A stretch of 64,000 bases of DNA from an uncultured Spirochaetota bacterium (GCA_963734495.1 CAVTHK010000011.1:32001-96000); one strand, 5' to 3'. Counted from the first letter of the stretch, positions 9,184 through 19,019 are shown. The notes: generated by a model not told the origin, from the letters alone. Numbers and translations: made by a program.

Positions 9184-9729
9184 ATGATCAAGCGGAGCGC
9201 AGTGGAGAAGGCGCGGAGATGGGCGTTCGAGACCTTCCGAAAGGCCGGCGTCCCGATCCGTGATGACGAGAAGGACAAAATCGAGATCGCCGATTTCGGG
9301 CTCGGCCGGTTCGACGAGCAGGGCATGCACCTGTTCACGATGGTGGCGACCGAACGCTACGCGGCCAAGGCCCTGGCGCTCGCGCCGCTGCAGACCGAGC
9401 CGGAGCACTGGCACCCGCCGGTGGGAGACGATCCTGGCAAGCAGGAGACGGTGCGCGTCGTGTGGGGCACGCTCTACTTCTACCTCCCGGGCGAAGACAC
9501 GCTGAAGAAGGGCTTCGTCCCGGCGGGCCGGGATGCGGTCTTTACCTGCCGGCACGAGCTCGTGATGAAGCGCGGCGATCAGCTCACGCTCAAGCCCGGA
9601 CAGAAGCACTGGTTCCAGGCGGCCGCAGAAGGCGCGGTGATCTACACCTTTTCCAGCACCGCGCGCGACGTGCTCGACGGCTTTACGGACCCCGACGTCC
9701 AGCGGGTCACGAAGATCGTGGAGGGCTGA
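9184..9729 (+). CDS. D-lyxose/D-mannose isomerase family (cupin)
   Basis: IEIADFGLG, YAAK, PEHWHP, GKQET, HWFQA, FSSTARD..D.FTDP. Confidence 0.88.
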   Translation: MIKRSAVEKARRWAFETFRKAGVPIRDDEKDKIEIADFGLGRFDEQGMHLFTMVATERYAAKALALAPLQTEPEHWHPPVGDDPGKQETVRVVWGTLYFYLPGEDTLKKGFVPAGRDAVFTCRHELVMKRGDQLTLKPGQKHWFQAAAEGAVIYTFSSTARDVLDGFTDPDVQRVTKIVEG

Positions 9730-9883
9730 CAGGCGCGGCGGGAGCCATTTGACCGGAGGCGCGGATATGCAGACATTTGATCCGTGCGAATTCCAGTAAA
9801 GTTCCGGCCGTTCCTTCTCCTCGAGCACGGATACCACGTACCAGAAGGGCTGGAGCGCGGGAGCTTGCGCGAGGAGGCATGAC

Positions 9884-11287
9884 ATGAACAGGCAATCCGT
9901 CGACACGCTCGTCATCGGCGGCGGGCCGGCCGGGACCCCGCTTGCCATGGCGCTGGCACGGGCCGGCAAGAGCGTGATGCTCGTCGAAGACGGGCCGGGG
10001 CTGGGCGGGACCTGCCTCTTCCACGGCTGTGTCCCTTCAAAGATTTTCCGCGAGTCCGCGACAGTCCGGACGATCGTCAGGCGCGCCGGAGACTTCGGCG
10101 TTGCCGGGAGCGCGGCCGTCCCCGCGGTGGACTGGTCCGCCATCCAGAGGCGCCGACACGATATCCTGAACCGGCGCGCAACGGGAGCCCTCGCCGGAGC
10201 TCGGCAGCTCCCGTCGCTCTCGGTGGTGTTCGGGCGGGCGCGCCTGGCCGGAGGCGGCGCCGCGCGGATAGAAGGTCACGACGGCGTCATCGAGGTGGGG
10301 TTCAGGAACGCCGCGATCGCGACCGGATCGGTATCGAACCGGCTGCCGGTCGAGGGCGCCGAGTCGCCCGGCGTGCTGTCCTCCGAAGGCATCATCGGCA
10401 TCGGGTATGTGCCCGCCTCGCTGGTCGTGATCGGGGGCGGACCCATCGGCGTCGAGATGGCCCAGATCTTTCACATGCTGGGAAGCTCGGTGACCATACT
10501 CGAAGCGCTGCCATCCATCCTCACCCCTGTGGACCGCCCTCTCGCCGCGCGGCTGCGGGAAATTCTCACCAGGAGCGGAATTCCGGTGGAGACGGGTGTC
10601 ACGGTCGAGCGAATCGAGACGACCCCCGACGGTCACCGCGTGCACTACAGCAAGGACGGCGCATCCCGCACGGCGGAGGCGCGTCTGGTGCTGACGGTGG
10701 TCGGCCGCCGGCCGAACATCGACAACCTGGGCCTCGAGAATACGGGCGTCAAGTTCGATGCTCACGGGATCCATGTCGACGCTCACCTCGAGACCGACGA
10801 GCCAGGCATCTTTGCCCTGGGAGACGTGGTCGGACAGCCGATGTTCGCTCACTGGGCGACCGCGCAGGCGCAGGCTCTCGCACGTTACCTGCTCGCGGGC
10901 GACGCAGCCTTTCCCAGGCCCGAGCACAATTCGGCCGTCATTTTCTCATATCCGGAGGCCGGCATGGCCGGCCTTACCGAAGAGGCGGCTCAAGCCGCCG
11001 GCATGGACGTCGGCGTCGCCGAGTACAACTACGCCGTCGACGCGCGCGCACAGATATCGGGGAACGCCGAAGGCATGCTCCGCATCGTCTATCGGCGCGA
11101 CGGGCAGAAAGTGGTGGGTGTTCACGCCCTCGTCGAGGGAGCCGCCGATCTCATGGGCGAGGCCGCCCTCGCGGTGCGCAGCGGCATGCGCCTCGCGGAC
11201 GTCGCAGACGCGATCCACCCGCACCCGACCCTCACGGAATCGTTCGCGCTTGCCGCGCGTGCGGCGATGGCTGCGGGCCGCGGCTGA
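9884..11287 (+). CDS. Dihydrolipoamide dehydrogenase-family flavoprotein disulfide reductase
   Basis: IGGGPAG, GGTCLFHGCVPSK redox disulfide, IGGGPIGVE, C-terminal HPHPTLTE. Confidence 0.9.
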   Translation: MNRQSVDTLVIGGGPAGTPLAMALARAGKSVMLVEDGPGLGGTCLFHGCVPSKIFRESATVRTIVRRAGDFGVAGSAAVPAVDWSAIQRRRHDILNRRATGALAGARQLPSLSVVFGRARLAGGGAARIEGHDGVIEVGFRNAAIATGSVSNRLPVEGAESPGVLSSEGIIGIGYVPASLVVIGGGPIGVEMAQIFHMLGSSVTILEALPSILTPVDRPLAARLREILTRSGIPVETGVTVERIETTPDGHRVHYSKDGASRTAEARLVLTVVGRRPNIDNLGLENTGVKFDAHGIHVDAHLETDEPGIFALGDVVGQPMFAHWATAQAQALARYLLAGDAAFPRPEHNSAVIFSYPEAGMAGLTEEAAQAAGMDVGVAEYNYAVDARAQISGNAEGMLRIVYRRDGQKVVGVHALVEGAADLMGEAALAVRSGMRLADVADAIHPHPTLTESFALAARAAMAAGRG

Positions 11288-11521
11288 GGCCCGCGGAGTC
11301 CGCGGCGCCGGACCGCGCCGCGTCCTCGGCCGCGTAGACGACGGTCGGCGTGTGCCAGTGCACACGCGTGCGCGTCCCGGGGCGCGAGCTTCCCGAAAGC
11401 CTGCGGGGATCACCATGCGGCCCCTGTGCGTCCTGGTCCGTGCGGCCGTCTTGACCGCTGCAGGTGGCGGACTTATTTTGAGCGCTGCGGCGAAAGCCGC
11501 ACATCCAATCGGAGACGGACT

Positions 11522-11980
11522 GTGAGCACGCAGGACATCACCAACTACATCGAGGTTGACGACCGCACTGTGACCGGTGGACAGCCCACCGAGGATCAGC
11601 TCAAGTCCGCTGCCGCGGAGGGGTTCGTCACCGTCATCAACCTCGGGGTCCTGGACCCGAAATACGCGCTCGAGGACGAAGCGGGGCTCGTGCAGTCCTG
11701 CGGGATGAGCTATCACCACATCCCGGTGGACTGGGAGAATCCCACCGAGACGGACTTCGCCGCCTTCGAGCGCGCGATGAGCGCGCTCCCCGAGGGGAAG
11801 ACTCTGATCCACTGCGCCGCCAACTTCAGGGTGACGGCCTTCTACTCGCTGTACGCGCAGAAGCATCTCGGGTGGTCCGAGGATCGAGCCGACGAGCTTC
11901 GCGCGCGCATATGGAAGGACCGCGCGAATCCGGTCTGGGAACGGTTCATCGCGAAGATGAAGGCCCGCATCGCCGGGTAG
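11522..11980 (+). CDS. Protein tyrosine phosphatase-like / BLH (DUF442) domain protein
   Basis: TGGQPT, VINL, YHHIPV, LIHCAANFR (CX5R); GTG start after GGAG. Confidence 0.82.
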   Translation: MSTQDITNYIEVDDRTVTGGQPTEDQLKSAAAEGFVTVINLGVLDPKYALEDEAGLVQSCGMSYHHIPVDWENPTETDFAAFERAMSALPEGKTLIHCAANFRVTAFYSLYAQKHLGWSEDRADELRARIWKDRANPVWERFIAKMKARIAG

Positions 11981-12003
11981 GGCGGGAGCGGCAGCGGCGG
12001 GGG

Positions 12004-12761
12004 CTACCGCCCCTCGGGGTCCTTGCGGCCGAAGAGCTCAGCGGCCCCGGCGTCGAAGCGGCGCGAGGCCTCGATGATTCCGGCCACCAGCCCGGCGCCG
12101 TCGCCGGCCCGCGCATCACGCGCCGCGGCGATCACGGTCTCGCATTCGAGACGGTCCATGGCGAGGCACGGCTTCGACCAGGCGCCCCTCGTCGCCCTTC
12201 GGGGACCACGAAGAACCCGTGCTTGTCCGCGTGAACGACCTGCCCCGGCCGCACGCGGCAGCCGAAGGCCTCGACCTCGCAGCCCCAGCGCACGGGGTAG
12301 GCGTGGGCGTGGCTCACGCAGAGGCGCCGCGCGATCGGCTTGAACCCGGCGTTGCGCATCTCGTCGAGGTCGCGCACGGCGCCGTCGGTGATGGTGCCCA
12401 CGCAGCCGAGGGCGCGGTGCGTGTTGGCCTGCACCTCGCCCCAGAACGCGCCCCAGCAGCGCGGCTTGTCCAGATCCTGGGCGACGATGATCTTGGGGCC
12501 CGGCTCGCGCGCGATGTACTCGAGGTAGCGCTCGTAGGCGTCCGCGACTTTCTTGTGCTCGGGGTTGCCGGGCTCGAGCACGACGGTGACCGCGTAGCCC
12601 GCCATCGGGCCCATCTGGGGCGCGAAGTCGGTGGTCTCCTCCAGGTTGAACACATTGTCGAGCGGGTCGCGGCGCGAGATCTGCTCCCAGCCGTTGGCGA
12701 TGGTCGGCGTGTTCCAGCGCTTGAGCGCGAGCAGCTCCCCGTGGGACATGGGTCGTTTCAT
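12004..12761 (-). CDS. RraA/HMG-aldolase family protein (two apparent +1 frameshifts near 12197 and 12166)
   Basis: NTPTIANG, WGEVQAN, TDGAVRDLDE, VHADKHG; removing two single bases restores EGDEGRLVEAVLAMDRLECETVIAAAR... to TAG at 12004. Confidence 0.8.
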
Positions 12762-12823
12762 GCTGCCGTGAAACCTATGCCTCACCGGCCCGGACTGTCA
12801 AATTGAAGGCTGCCGCGGCGAAT

Positions 12824-13684
12824 CTACGGCGATTCGGGATGGAGCATCCGGCGCACGGTCTCGACGAGCACGTCGTCGTCGAAGACGCGGCGCCAGTCCG
12901 TGCGAATCACGCGCTCGAACCCGATCCTGATCGCGACTTGCGCCGCGTCGGAGAACGGGAAGTCCGTCTGCCCGAAGACGATGGCCAACGGGATCTTCGT
13001 GTGGCCCAGCATGAAGGCCCGCGCCGCCTCTTCCGGCACACCGCGCCTGACCGCCTCGTCCACGGCCTGCCGCATGAGCGTCGCCGCGCCCGCCACCACG
13101 ACCTCCGCGGCGGCCGGCTCGAGGATCGTCATGTCGCGCACGGTGATGCGGTGGCATTTCACGACGGGCGCGAACATCAGCCGGCACAGCTCCTCGGCTC
13201 CGGCAAAGAGCTCCTCGCGGCCGCTGTCGAGCGCCACGACGATGTCCTGCGGCGCCGCAATCCCCCCGAAGAGGTCGGCCTTCGCCTCGGGCGTCTGCTG
13301 CTCGACGAACAGCGGGGGATGGCACGGGTGCGTGACCACGAACGTGCAGTCGGGCCGGCGCGCGAGCTCGCCGGCATAGGCGGCCGCCGGGTCGAGCAGG
13401 ATCATGACCGAGTCGGCCTTCATCATAGGGACTATCTCAGCGGAGATCGCGCCGATGAGCCGGTCGGGGACCGCGAGCACGACGTAGTCCGCGCGAGAGA
13501 CCGGAGCGTAGCCCTCGGTGACCGCGAGGCCTTCGGCCGCCATCGCGTCCCGCCTGTCCGCGGCCTTCTCGATCAGGGCCAGCCGAACACCGGTGCGCGC
13601 CAGGTTGTTGCGGATGCGCGTGCCCATCTTGCCGCCCGCCCCGACGAGAGAGACCGTCTTGCCCTGTAGAACGTCGCGGCTCAT
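12824..13684 (-). CDS. ApnO-like NAD-dependent oxidoreductase (D-apionate oxidoisomerase family)
   Basis: VGAGGKMGTRIRNNL, LAVPD, LDPAAAYAG, THPCHPPLF, FGGIAAPQDIVVAL, ILEPA, FMLGH, FSDAA. Confidence 0.8.
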   Translation of the reverse strand: MSRDVLQGKTVSLVGAGGKMGTRIRNNLARTGVRLALIEKAADRRDAMAAEGLAVTEGYAPVSRADYVVLAVPDRLIGAISAEIVPMMKADSVMILLDPAAAYAGELARRPDCTFVVTHPCHPPLFVEQQTPEAKADLFGGIAAPQDIVVALDSGREELFAGAEELCRLMFAPVVKCHRITVRDMTILEPAAAEVVVAGAATLMRQAVDEAVRRGVPEEAARAFMLGHTKIPLAIVFGQTDFPFSDAAQVAIRIGFERVIRTDWRRVFDDDVLVETVRRMLHPESP

Positions 13685-13701
13685 CGCTTGCTCCCTTCGC
13701 C

Positions 13702-14310
13702 TCATGGCTCGCCTCTGAGCAGGCGTTCGCCCACGGCACCCGCCGGGTGGATGACGGCGAACTGCTCGCGGGTGTAGCCAGTGAGCTCCATCAGCGCTAT
13801 GCAGATCGCGTCGAACACGGCCACGACGGCCATCGTGCTCGTCGTCGCCAGCATGTTGAGCTCGTCCGCTTCCGCTTCGACGCGCACCTCGAGCACCACG
13901 TCGCTCTCCCGGCCGAGCGGCGAGCCCCTGTTCTCCGTCACGCCGATCACGAACACCTTCTTGGCTTTCAGTGCGGGGAGCAGGCGCACGATCTCGCCCG
14001 TACCGCCCCCCTTGGACACGAGGATCGCCACATCGCCGGGTTGAACCGAGCCGAGGCCGCCGTGGACCGCGTCCGCGGGCTCCAGAAAGAAAGCCGGCCG
14101 CTCGACGCAGGACAGCGAGTGAGCAATCTTGCGCGCGGCCGCGCCCGAGGTCCCAGCGCCCGACGTGACGACGCGTCCCTTGCATGCGGCGATCGCCTCG
14201 ACGCAGCGCACGAAGGCGGCGCGGTCGACCGTCTCGCGCAGGCGAGCGAGCTCACGCTCCCCGACGCTCCAGACGTGCAGCGCCTTCTGCCAGATGCGGT
14301 CCGCGGTCAT
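13702..14310 (-). CDS. SIS-domain sugar-phosphate isomerase (KpsF/GutQ-like, no CBS)
   Basis: SGAGTSG, DAVHGGLG, SKGGGT, ATTST, FAVIHPAGAVG. Confidence 0.9.
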   Translation of the reverse strand: MTADRIWQKALHVWSVGERELARLRETVDRAAFVRCVEAIAACKGRVVTSGAGTSGAAARKIAHSLSCVERPAFFLEPADAVHGGLGSVQPGDVAILVSKGGGTGEIVRLLPALKAKKVFVIGVTENRGSPLGRESDVVLEVRVEAEADELNMLATTSTMAVVAVFDAICIALMELTGYTREQFAVIHPAGAVGERLLRGEP

Positions 14311-14389
14311 GGCTGTCGCTCCTCTTCCCCAGTCGCCTGGAGCCGATCTACACTCTGCCGAGGAAACGGCGGCGTTTCAAGAACGCGGA

Positions 14390-15674
14390 ATGGGACATGA
14401 AGTCAAGGTAGCGGCGACCCGCGACCACTTCGAGCGCGACGGCGCACCCTTCTTCTATCTCGGCGACACCGTGTGGGCGGCCTTCGCCAACGCCACGCTC
14501 GAGGAATGGGAGCAGTACCTCTCTTTCAGGGCGCGGCAGGGGTTCAATGTCGTGCAGATCAGCGTCCTGCCGATCACCCACGACACGAGCGTGTGGGACC
14601 GCGCGATCGAGCCGTTTCACAGGGACGCGGGCGGCCGGCCGGACTTCGGCCGGCATCAACGAGGCGTATTTCGACAAGGCTCAGGCGATGTTGCGGAGGG
14701 CGACCGACCTCGGCTTCGTGTCTTCGCTCGGCCTCCTGTGGTGCAACTACGCCCCGGACTCGTGGGCGGCCCGGAGGCTGAACAACGCGACCGTGATGCC
14801 GCTCGAAGCCGTGGCGCCGTACGTGCGGTGCGCCGCCGGTTGTTTCGAGCGCTTCGATCCGGTCTATTTCGTGAGCGGAGATACGAGGTTCGAGTCGCAG
14901 CGCGAGACAGGACACTACCTGGCCGCCCTCGACGCCCTCAAGAGCGCGAGCCCGCGCGCGCTCGCCTCGATGCATACCAGCCCCGACGGGGAGCTGCCCG
15001 AGCAGCTCGCGCGATCTCCGCATCTGGACTTCGCCATGTACCAGTCCGGACATCGGGCCGCGACGCAGGATCTCGCCTGGAAGCTTGCGGAGCGCCTCGC
15101 GGCCGCGGCGGTCAGGCGGCCGATCGTCAACGGCGAGCCGTGCTACGAAGCCCACGGCCGCACCCCCGGCGGGCAGGGCCGCTTTACCGCGTACGAGGTC
15201 CGCAGGGCGATGTGGCAGGGGCTGCTTTCCGGCGCCAAAGCCGGCGTCACCTACGGGGGGCACGGGCTGTGGTCCTGGCACCGGCAGGGCATGCGCTTCC
15301 TCAACGCTGCGAACGCACTCGAGCCGCTCGAGTGGCACGCCAGCCTGCACCTCCCGGGCGCCTGGGACTATGCCTTTGCGCGCTGGGTCTTCGAGGCCTT
15401 CGACCTCTTCTCCATCGAGGCGTCTCAGGCGCTGGTGCCGGGGGCGGGCGCGGGCGTTCGCGCGGCCGCCAGCGCGAGCGGCGCGCGCGTTGCCGTCTAC
15501 GCGCCGCAGGCCTGCGACATCGAAGTGGCGGCGGACCTCCGCTCCCACCGGCTCACGCTGGCGCTCCTCGACGAGCGCCGGATCGTCTGTCCGCGGGTCG
15601 AGGCGACCTCCGCGGGAACGCTCCTGCGGATGGCCGGCGTCAACAGCGACGTGCTGCTCGTCGCGGTCGCGTAG
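14390..15674 (+). CDS. DUF4038 apiosidase-like glycoside hydrolase (apparent +1 frameshift near 14652)
   Basis: DGAPFFYLGDTVW...RARQGFNVVQ in one frame, continuing as INEAYFD...QSGH...NGEPCYE...TYGGHGLW in the next. Confidence 0.82.
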
Positions 15675-15690
15675 GACCCGGTGCGCTTCC

Positions 15691-15719
15691 TTGACACCGC
15701 CGGGAACCGCGGCTATTCC
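15691..15719 (+). promoter_or_regulatory. Putative sigma70 promoter
   Basis: TTGACA-17 bp-TATTCC ending 10 nt before ATG 15729. Confidence 0.45.
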
Positions 15720-15728
15720 GGGACCGCA

Positions 15729-18104
15729 ATGATCCGCTTTCCACCGTCCACCATCGTGGCGGCCGCGGCCGCGGGCGGCGTCGAGCGCAGGGCCGCGGCC
15801 GTGCTCGCCGAGGAGATCGAGAAGCGCACCGGCATCACGCTCGAGACTCGCGACGCGCGGGGAGCGCGCGCAGCCGCGGTCATCGCGCTGGGCACCGAAG
15901 CGTCGCTGCGCCTGGCAGGCGGCGGGTGGGACGCCGAGCTGCGCGGGCTGGCAGCGCCCGGCGCGGAGGGCTATCGCCTCGTCGTGCGCGATGGCCTCGC
16001 GCTGGTCGCGGGCGCGGACCCGCGCGGCGTGCTCTACGGCGTGGGGCGCCTGCTCCGCGCGATGGAGCTGCGGCCGGGCTCGATCGAAGCGCCCGGCCTG
16101 CGCGTCAGCGGCGCGCCCCGCATGAAGCTGCGCGGCTCGCAGCTCGGCTACCGGCCCAAGACCAACGCGTACGACGCCTGGACGCCCGCTCAGTTCGACC
16201 AGTACATCCGTGAGCTCGCGCTGTTCGGCGCCAACGCCATCGAGATACTCCCGCCCCGCACCGACGACGCCGCCGACAGCCCGCACTTCAAGGTGCCGCC
16301 GCTCGAGATGATGGAGCGTCTCTCCCGGATCATCGACTCCTACGGCCTCGACGTCTGGGTGTGGTACCCGAACATGGCGCGCGACTACGCCGACGCTGCC
16401 GTGCGGGCAGCGGAAGAGGCGGAGCGCGACGACGTGTTTCGCCGCCTCGCGCGGGTCGATGCCGTGATGATCCCCGGCGGCGACCCCGGCGACCTCGAGC
16501 CGGCCCTGCTCTTCGCGTGGTCCGCTCGCGTCGCGCAGATCCTGCGGCGCCATCACCCGCACGCGAAGATCTGGATCTCGCCTCAGGTCTTCAAGCCGGG
16601 CCCGCGCTGGATGCAGGAGTTCCACACCGAGGTCGAACGGGAGCCCGAATGGCTCGGCGGCCTGGTCTATGCGCCGTGGGTTCCCTGCACGCTCGAGGAG
16701 CTTCGCGCCCGCACGCCTGCGCGCTATCCCATCCGCAACTACCCGGACGTCACGCACAGCCTCAACTGCCAGTTCCCCGTGGAGGACTGGGACCTGGCGT
16801 TCGCCCTCACGCTCGGGCGCGAGTGCTGCAACCCGCGCCCCGTCGCGGAGAAGCACATCCATAACCTCCAGGCGCCTCACGTCGTCGGCGACCTCGTCTA
16901 CTCCGAAGGGATCAACGACGACGTCAACAAGCTCATCTGGCTCGACCAGGACTGGGACCCGGAACGGCCGGTGGTCGAGACCCTGCGCGATTTCGGCCGA
17001 CTCTTCGTCGGGCCCGATTACGCCGAAGGCGTGGCGCAGGGCCTGATGGCGCTCGAGCGCAACTGGCGCGGCCCGCTCGTTGCCAACGACGGCGTGGAGA
17101 CGACGCTCGCGCAGTGGCGGTCGATGGAGCGCCGCGACGGCGGCTCCGCGCTCGCGAGCTATCGCTTCAAGATGGGCCTTCAGCGCGCGTACTACGACGC
17201 CTATGTCCGCCGCCGTCTCCTGTCCGAGAGGGCAATGGAACTCCAGGCGCTTGAAATACTGGAGAAGGCGCCCGCCGGCCCTGCCGCTCTCGCGGCCGCC
17301 CTCGATCGCGCCGAAGCGCTGCTGCGCTCCTGCGATCGCGACGGGCCGTCGACCCATCTGCGAGACCGCTGCCGGCAGCTCGCGGACGAGCTCTTCGCGG
17401 AGATCGGCTGGCAGACTTCCGTGCCGCGCTACCAGGCCATCGGCTGGGCGCGGGGCGCGTTCATGGACGGCATCGATGTGCCCCTCAACAACCGCCGCTG
17501 GCTGCTCGCGGAGCTCGCCCGCGTGCGGGCCGCCGGGGCGGAGGCGGAGCCCGAGGCACTCCGCGCGATCGTCGAGCGCACCAATCCCGGCCCCGGCGGC
17601 TTCTACCACGACCTCGGCACTCCCGCGGGCTGGGAGGTCGTCGCGCGCGGGCCGGGACAGACCTGGGCCGCCGACCCCGGCGCCCTGGCCGCGCCATTTG
17701 CCGACTTCGAGCCCGCGGGGCTTCGGCTCTTCTACCCGGACGCCTCGCAGGTGGCCGCGCGCCGGGACGTGCCGCTGGCATGGATCAATTGCGTCTCGGT
17801 CAACTACACCACTCCGCTGCGCCTGAGCTACCCGACGATCGAGCCCGGCACGGCCTGGCGGCTGCGCGTCGTCTACTTCAAGTGCCGCCACTCTCCCGCC
17901 GTGCGCCTGCTCGCGGGCGGCATCGTGGTGCATGAAACGCTCCGCATCGCCGATGCGACGGCCGATGCGGGCTACGACCCGGTCCGCGAGTACGCGATCC
18001 CGCCCGAAGCGACCCGCGGCGGCCGGCTGGATCTCGAGTGGCAGCCGCAGCCCGGCACACGCACGTTCGGCGTTTCCGAAGTGTGGCTGATGCGCGAGCC
18101 CTGA
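15729..18104 (+). CDS. Large hypothetical glycoside hydrolase-like protein (GH20/GH67-type N-terminal domain)
   Basis: AAAVLAEEIEKRTG...GAEGYRL...GADPRGVLYGVGRLLR N-domain; then a probable TIM barrel (RGSQLGYRPKTNAYD, YSEGINDD) and a beta-rich C-terminus. Confidence 0.7.
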   Translation: MIRFPPSTIVAAAAAGGVERRAAAVLAEEIEKRTGITLETRDARGARAAAVIALGTEASLRLAGGGWDAELRGLAAPGAEGYRLVVRDGLALVAGADPRGVLYGVGRLLRAMELRPGSIEAPGLRVSGAPRMKLRGSQLGYRPKTNAYDAWTPAQFDQYIRELALFGANAIEILPPRTDDAADSPHFKVPPLEMMERLSRIIDSYGLDVWVWYPNMARDYADAAVRAAEEAERDDVFRRLARVDAVMIPGGDPGDLEPALLFAWSARVAQILRRHHPHAKIWISPQVFKPGPRWMQEFHTEVEREPEWLGGLVYAPWVPCTLEELRARTPARYPIRNYPDVTHSLNCQFPVEDWDLAFALTLGRECCNPRPVAEKHIHNLQAPHVVGDLVYSEGINDDVNKLIWLDQDWDPERPVVETLRDFGRLFVGPDYAEGVAQGLMALERNWRGPLVANDGVETTLAQWRSMERRDGGSALASYRFKMGLQRAYYDAYVRRRLLSERAMELQALEILEKAPAGPAALAAALDRAEALLRSCDRDGPSTHLRDRCRQLADELFAEIGWQTSVPRYQAIGWARGAFMDGIDVPLNNRRWLLAELARVRAAGAEAEPEALRAIVERTNPGPGGFYHDLGTPAGWEVVARGPGQTWAADPGALAAPFADFEPAGLRLFYPDASQVAARRDVPLAWINCVSVNYTTPLRLSYPTIEPGTAWRLRVVYFKCRHSPAVRLLAGGIVVHETLRIADATADAGYDPVREYAIPPEATRGGRLDLEWQPQPGTRTFGVSEVWLMREP

Positions 18105-18167
18105 GCCGGGTTGTCGAGTCTGCCCGATCGCGGCGCAGCGTCCTGCTGTCTGCCTTCCCTTTTGAGC

Positions 18168-18196
18168 TTGCGTTCGCGCGTGAACGGTTGTACGCT
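18168..18196 (+). promoter_or_regulatory. Putative sigma70 promoter
   Basis: TTGCGT-17 bp-TACGCT upstream of the AGGAGG RBS of 18221. Confidence 0.5.
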
Positions 18197-18220
18197 GTTT
18201 CCATTACATAGGAGGAAAGC

Positions 18221-18634
18221 ATGCCTAACTACGCTCTGATGCAGATCGAAGGAATCGGTGCGGCGAACAGCGCGAAGATGAAGAAGGCGAAGGTCCGCAC
18301 GACGCGCGGATTGCTCAAGAAGGGCGCGACGCCCAAGGGACGCAAGGAGCTCGCGGCGCAGTCGGGGGTCAGCCAGGCTGTCATACTGAAATGGGTCAAC
18401 ATGGCGGACCTGTTCCGCGTCAAAGGGATCGGCAAGCAGTACTCCGAGCTCCTGGAAAAGGCCGGCGTCGACACGGTCAAGGAGCTGCGCACGCGCAAGG
18501 CGGAGCACCTCGTCGCGAGCCTCGCGAAGGCGAACTCCGGCAGCAGGAGACTGGTCCGGCAGCTCCCTGGTCTCAAGCGGTGCCAGTCCTGGATCAACGA
18601 GGCGAAGAAGCTGCCTCCCGCGGTGACCTACTGA
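18221..18634 (+). CDS. DUF4332 helix-hairpin-helix protein
   Basis: IEGIG, WVNMADLFRVKGIGKQYSELLEKAGVDTVKEL; AGGAGG RBS. Confidence 0.88.
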   Translation: MPNYALMQIEGIGAANSAKMKKAKVRTTRGLLKKGATPKGRKELAAQSGVSQAVILKWVNMADLFRVKGIGKQYSELLEKAGVDTVKELRTRKAEHLVASLAKANSGSRRLVRQLPGLKRCQSWINEAKKLPPAVTY

Positions 18635-18719
18635 TCCGTCGGAGCAGCGCGGTCGTTGACCGCGGTCTCTTCGCGCGCCGCGGACGCGCGCGCGCTTATC
18701 GCGCTCAAGGGGAGGACTC

Positions 18720-19019
18720 ATGGACATTGGAAGCCTGATCGTCAACCTGATAGCGGGAGCAGCCGGCGGCAATGCCGCCGGGTCGCTGATGAAGGAGAAC
18801 AGCCTCGGCACGCTGTGGAACTCGGTGGCCGGCGTGGTGGGAGGCGGGCTCGGCGGCGCGATCCTTCAGGGCATCGTCCCGTCCATCGGCGCGATCGCCC
18901 AGGGCGGCTCGCTCGACATCGGCTCGCTCATAGGCCAGATCGCCGGCGGCGGCGTGGGCGGTGGCGTGCTCATGATCATCGTCTCGCTCATCAAGAACGC
19001 CCTCGCGCAGAAGAAGTAA
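18720..19019 (+). CDS. Small Gly-rich membrane protein
   Basis: Hydrophobic GxxGG-rich helices; GGAGG RBS. Confidence 0.8.
   Translation: MDIGSLIVNLIAGAAGGNAAGSLMKENSLGTLWNSVAGVVGGGLGGAILQGIVPSIGAIAQGGSLDIGSLIGQIAGGGVGGGVLMIIVSLIKNALAQKK

Noticed and set aside
9884-11287. Mercuric reductase MerA
   Set aside because: No C-terminal Cys-Cys pair or N-terminal metal-binding domain; it has the HPTxxE motif of lipoamide dehydrogenases.
11288-11521. Small ORF or structured RNA in the gap after the flavoprotein gene
   Set aside because: Candidate ORFs lack an RBS and motifs, and I could not recognise any riboswitch or ncRNA consensus.
14574-17933. 1119-aa minus-strand ORF and similar long shadow ORFs (e.g. 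35722-38202, 8041-10143, 2275-4185)
   Set aside because: They overlap well-supported genes in antisense or alternate frames, have no family motifs, and are expected from stop-codon scarcity at high GC.
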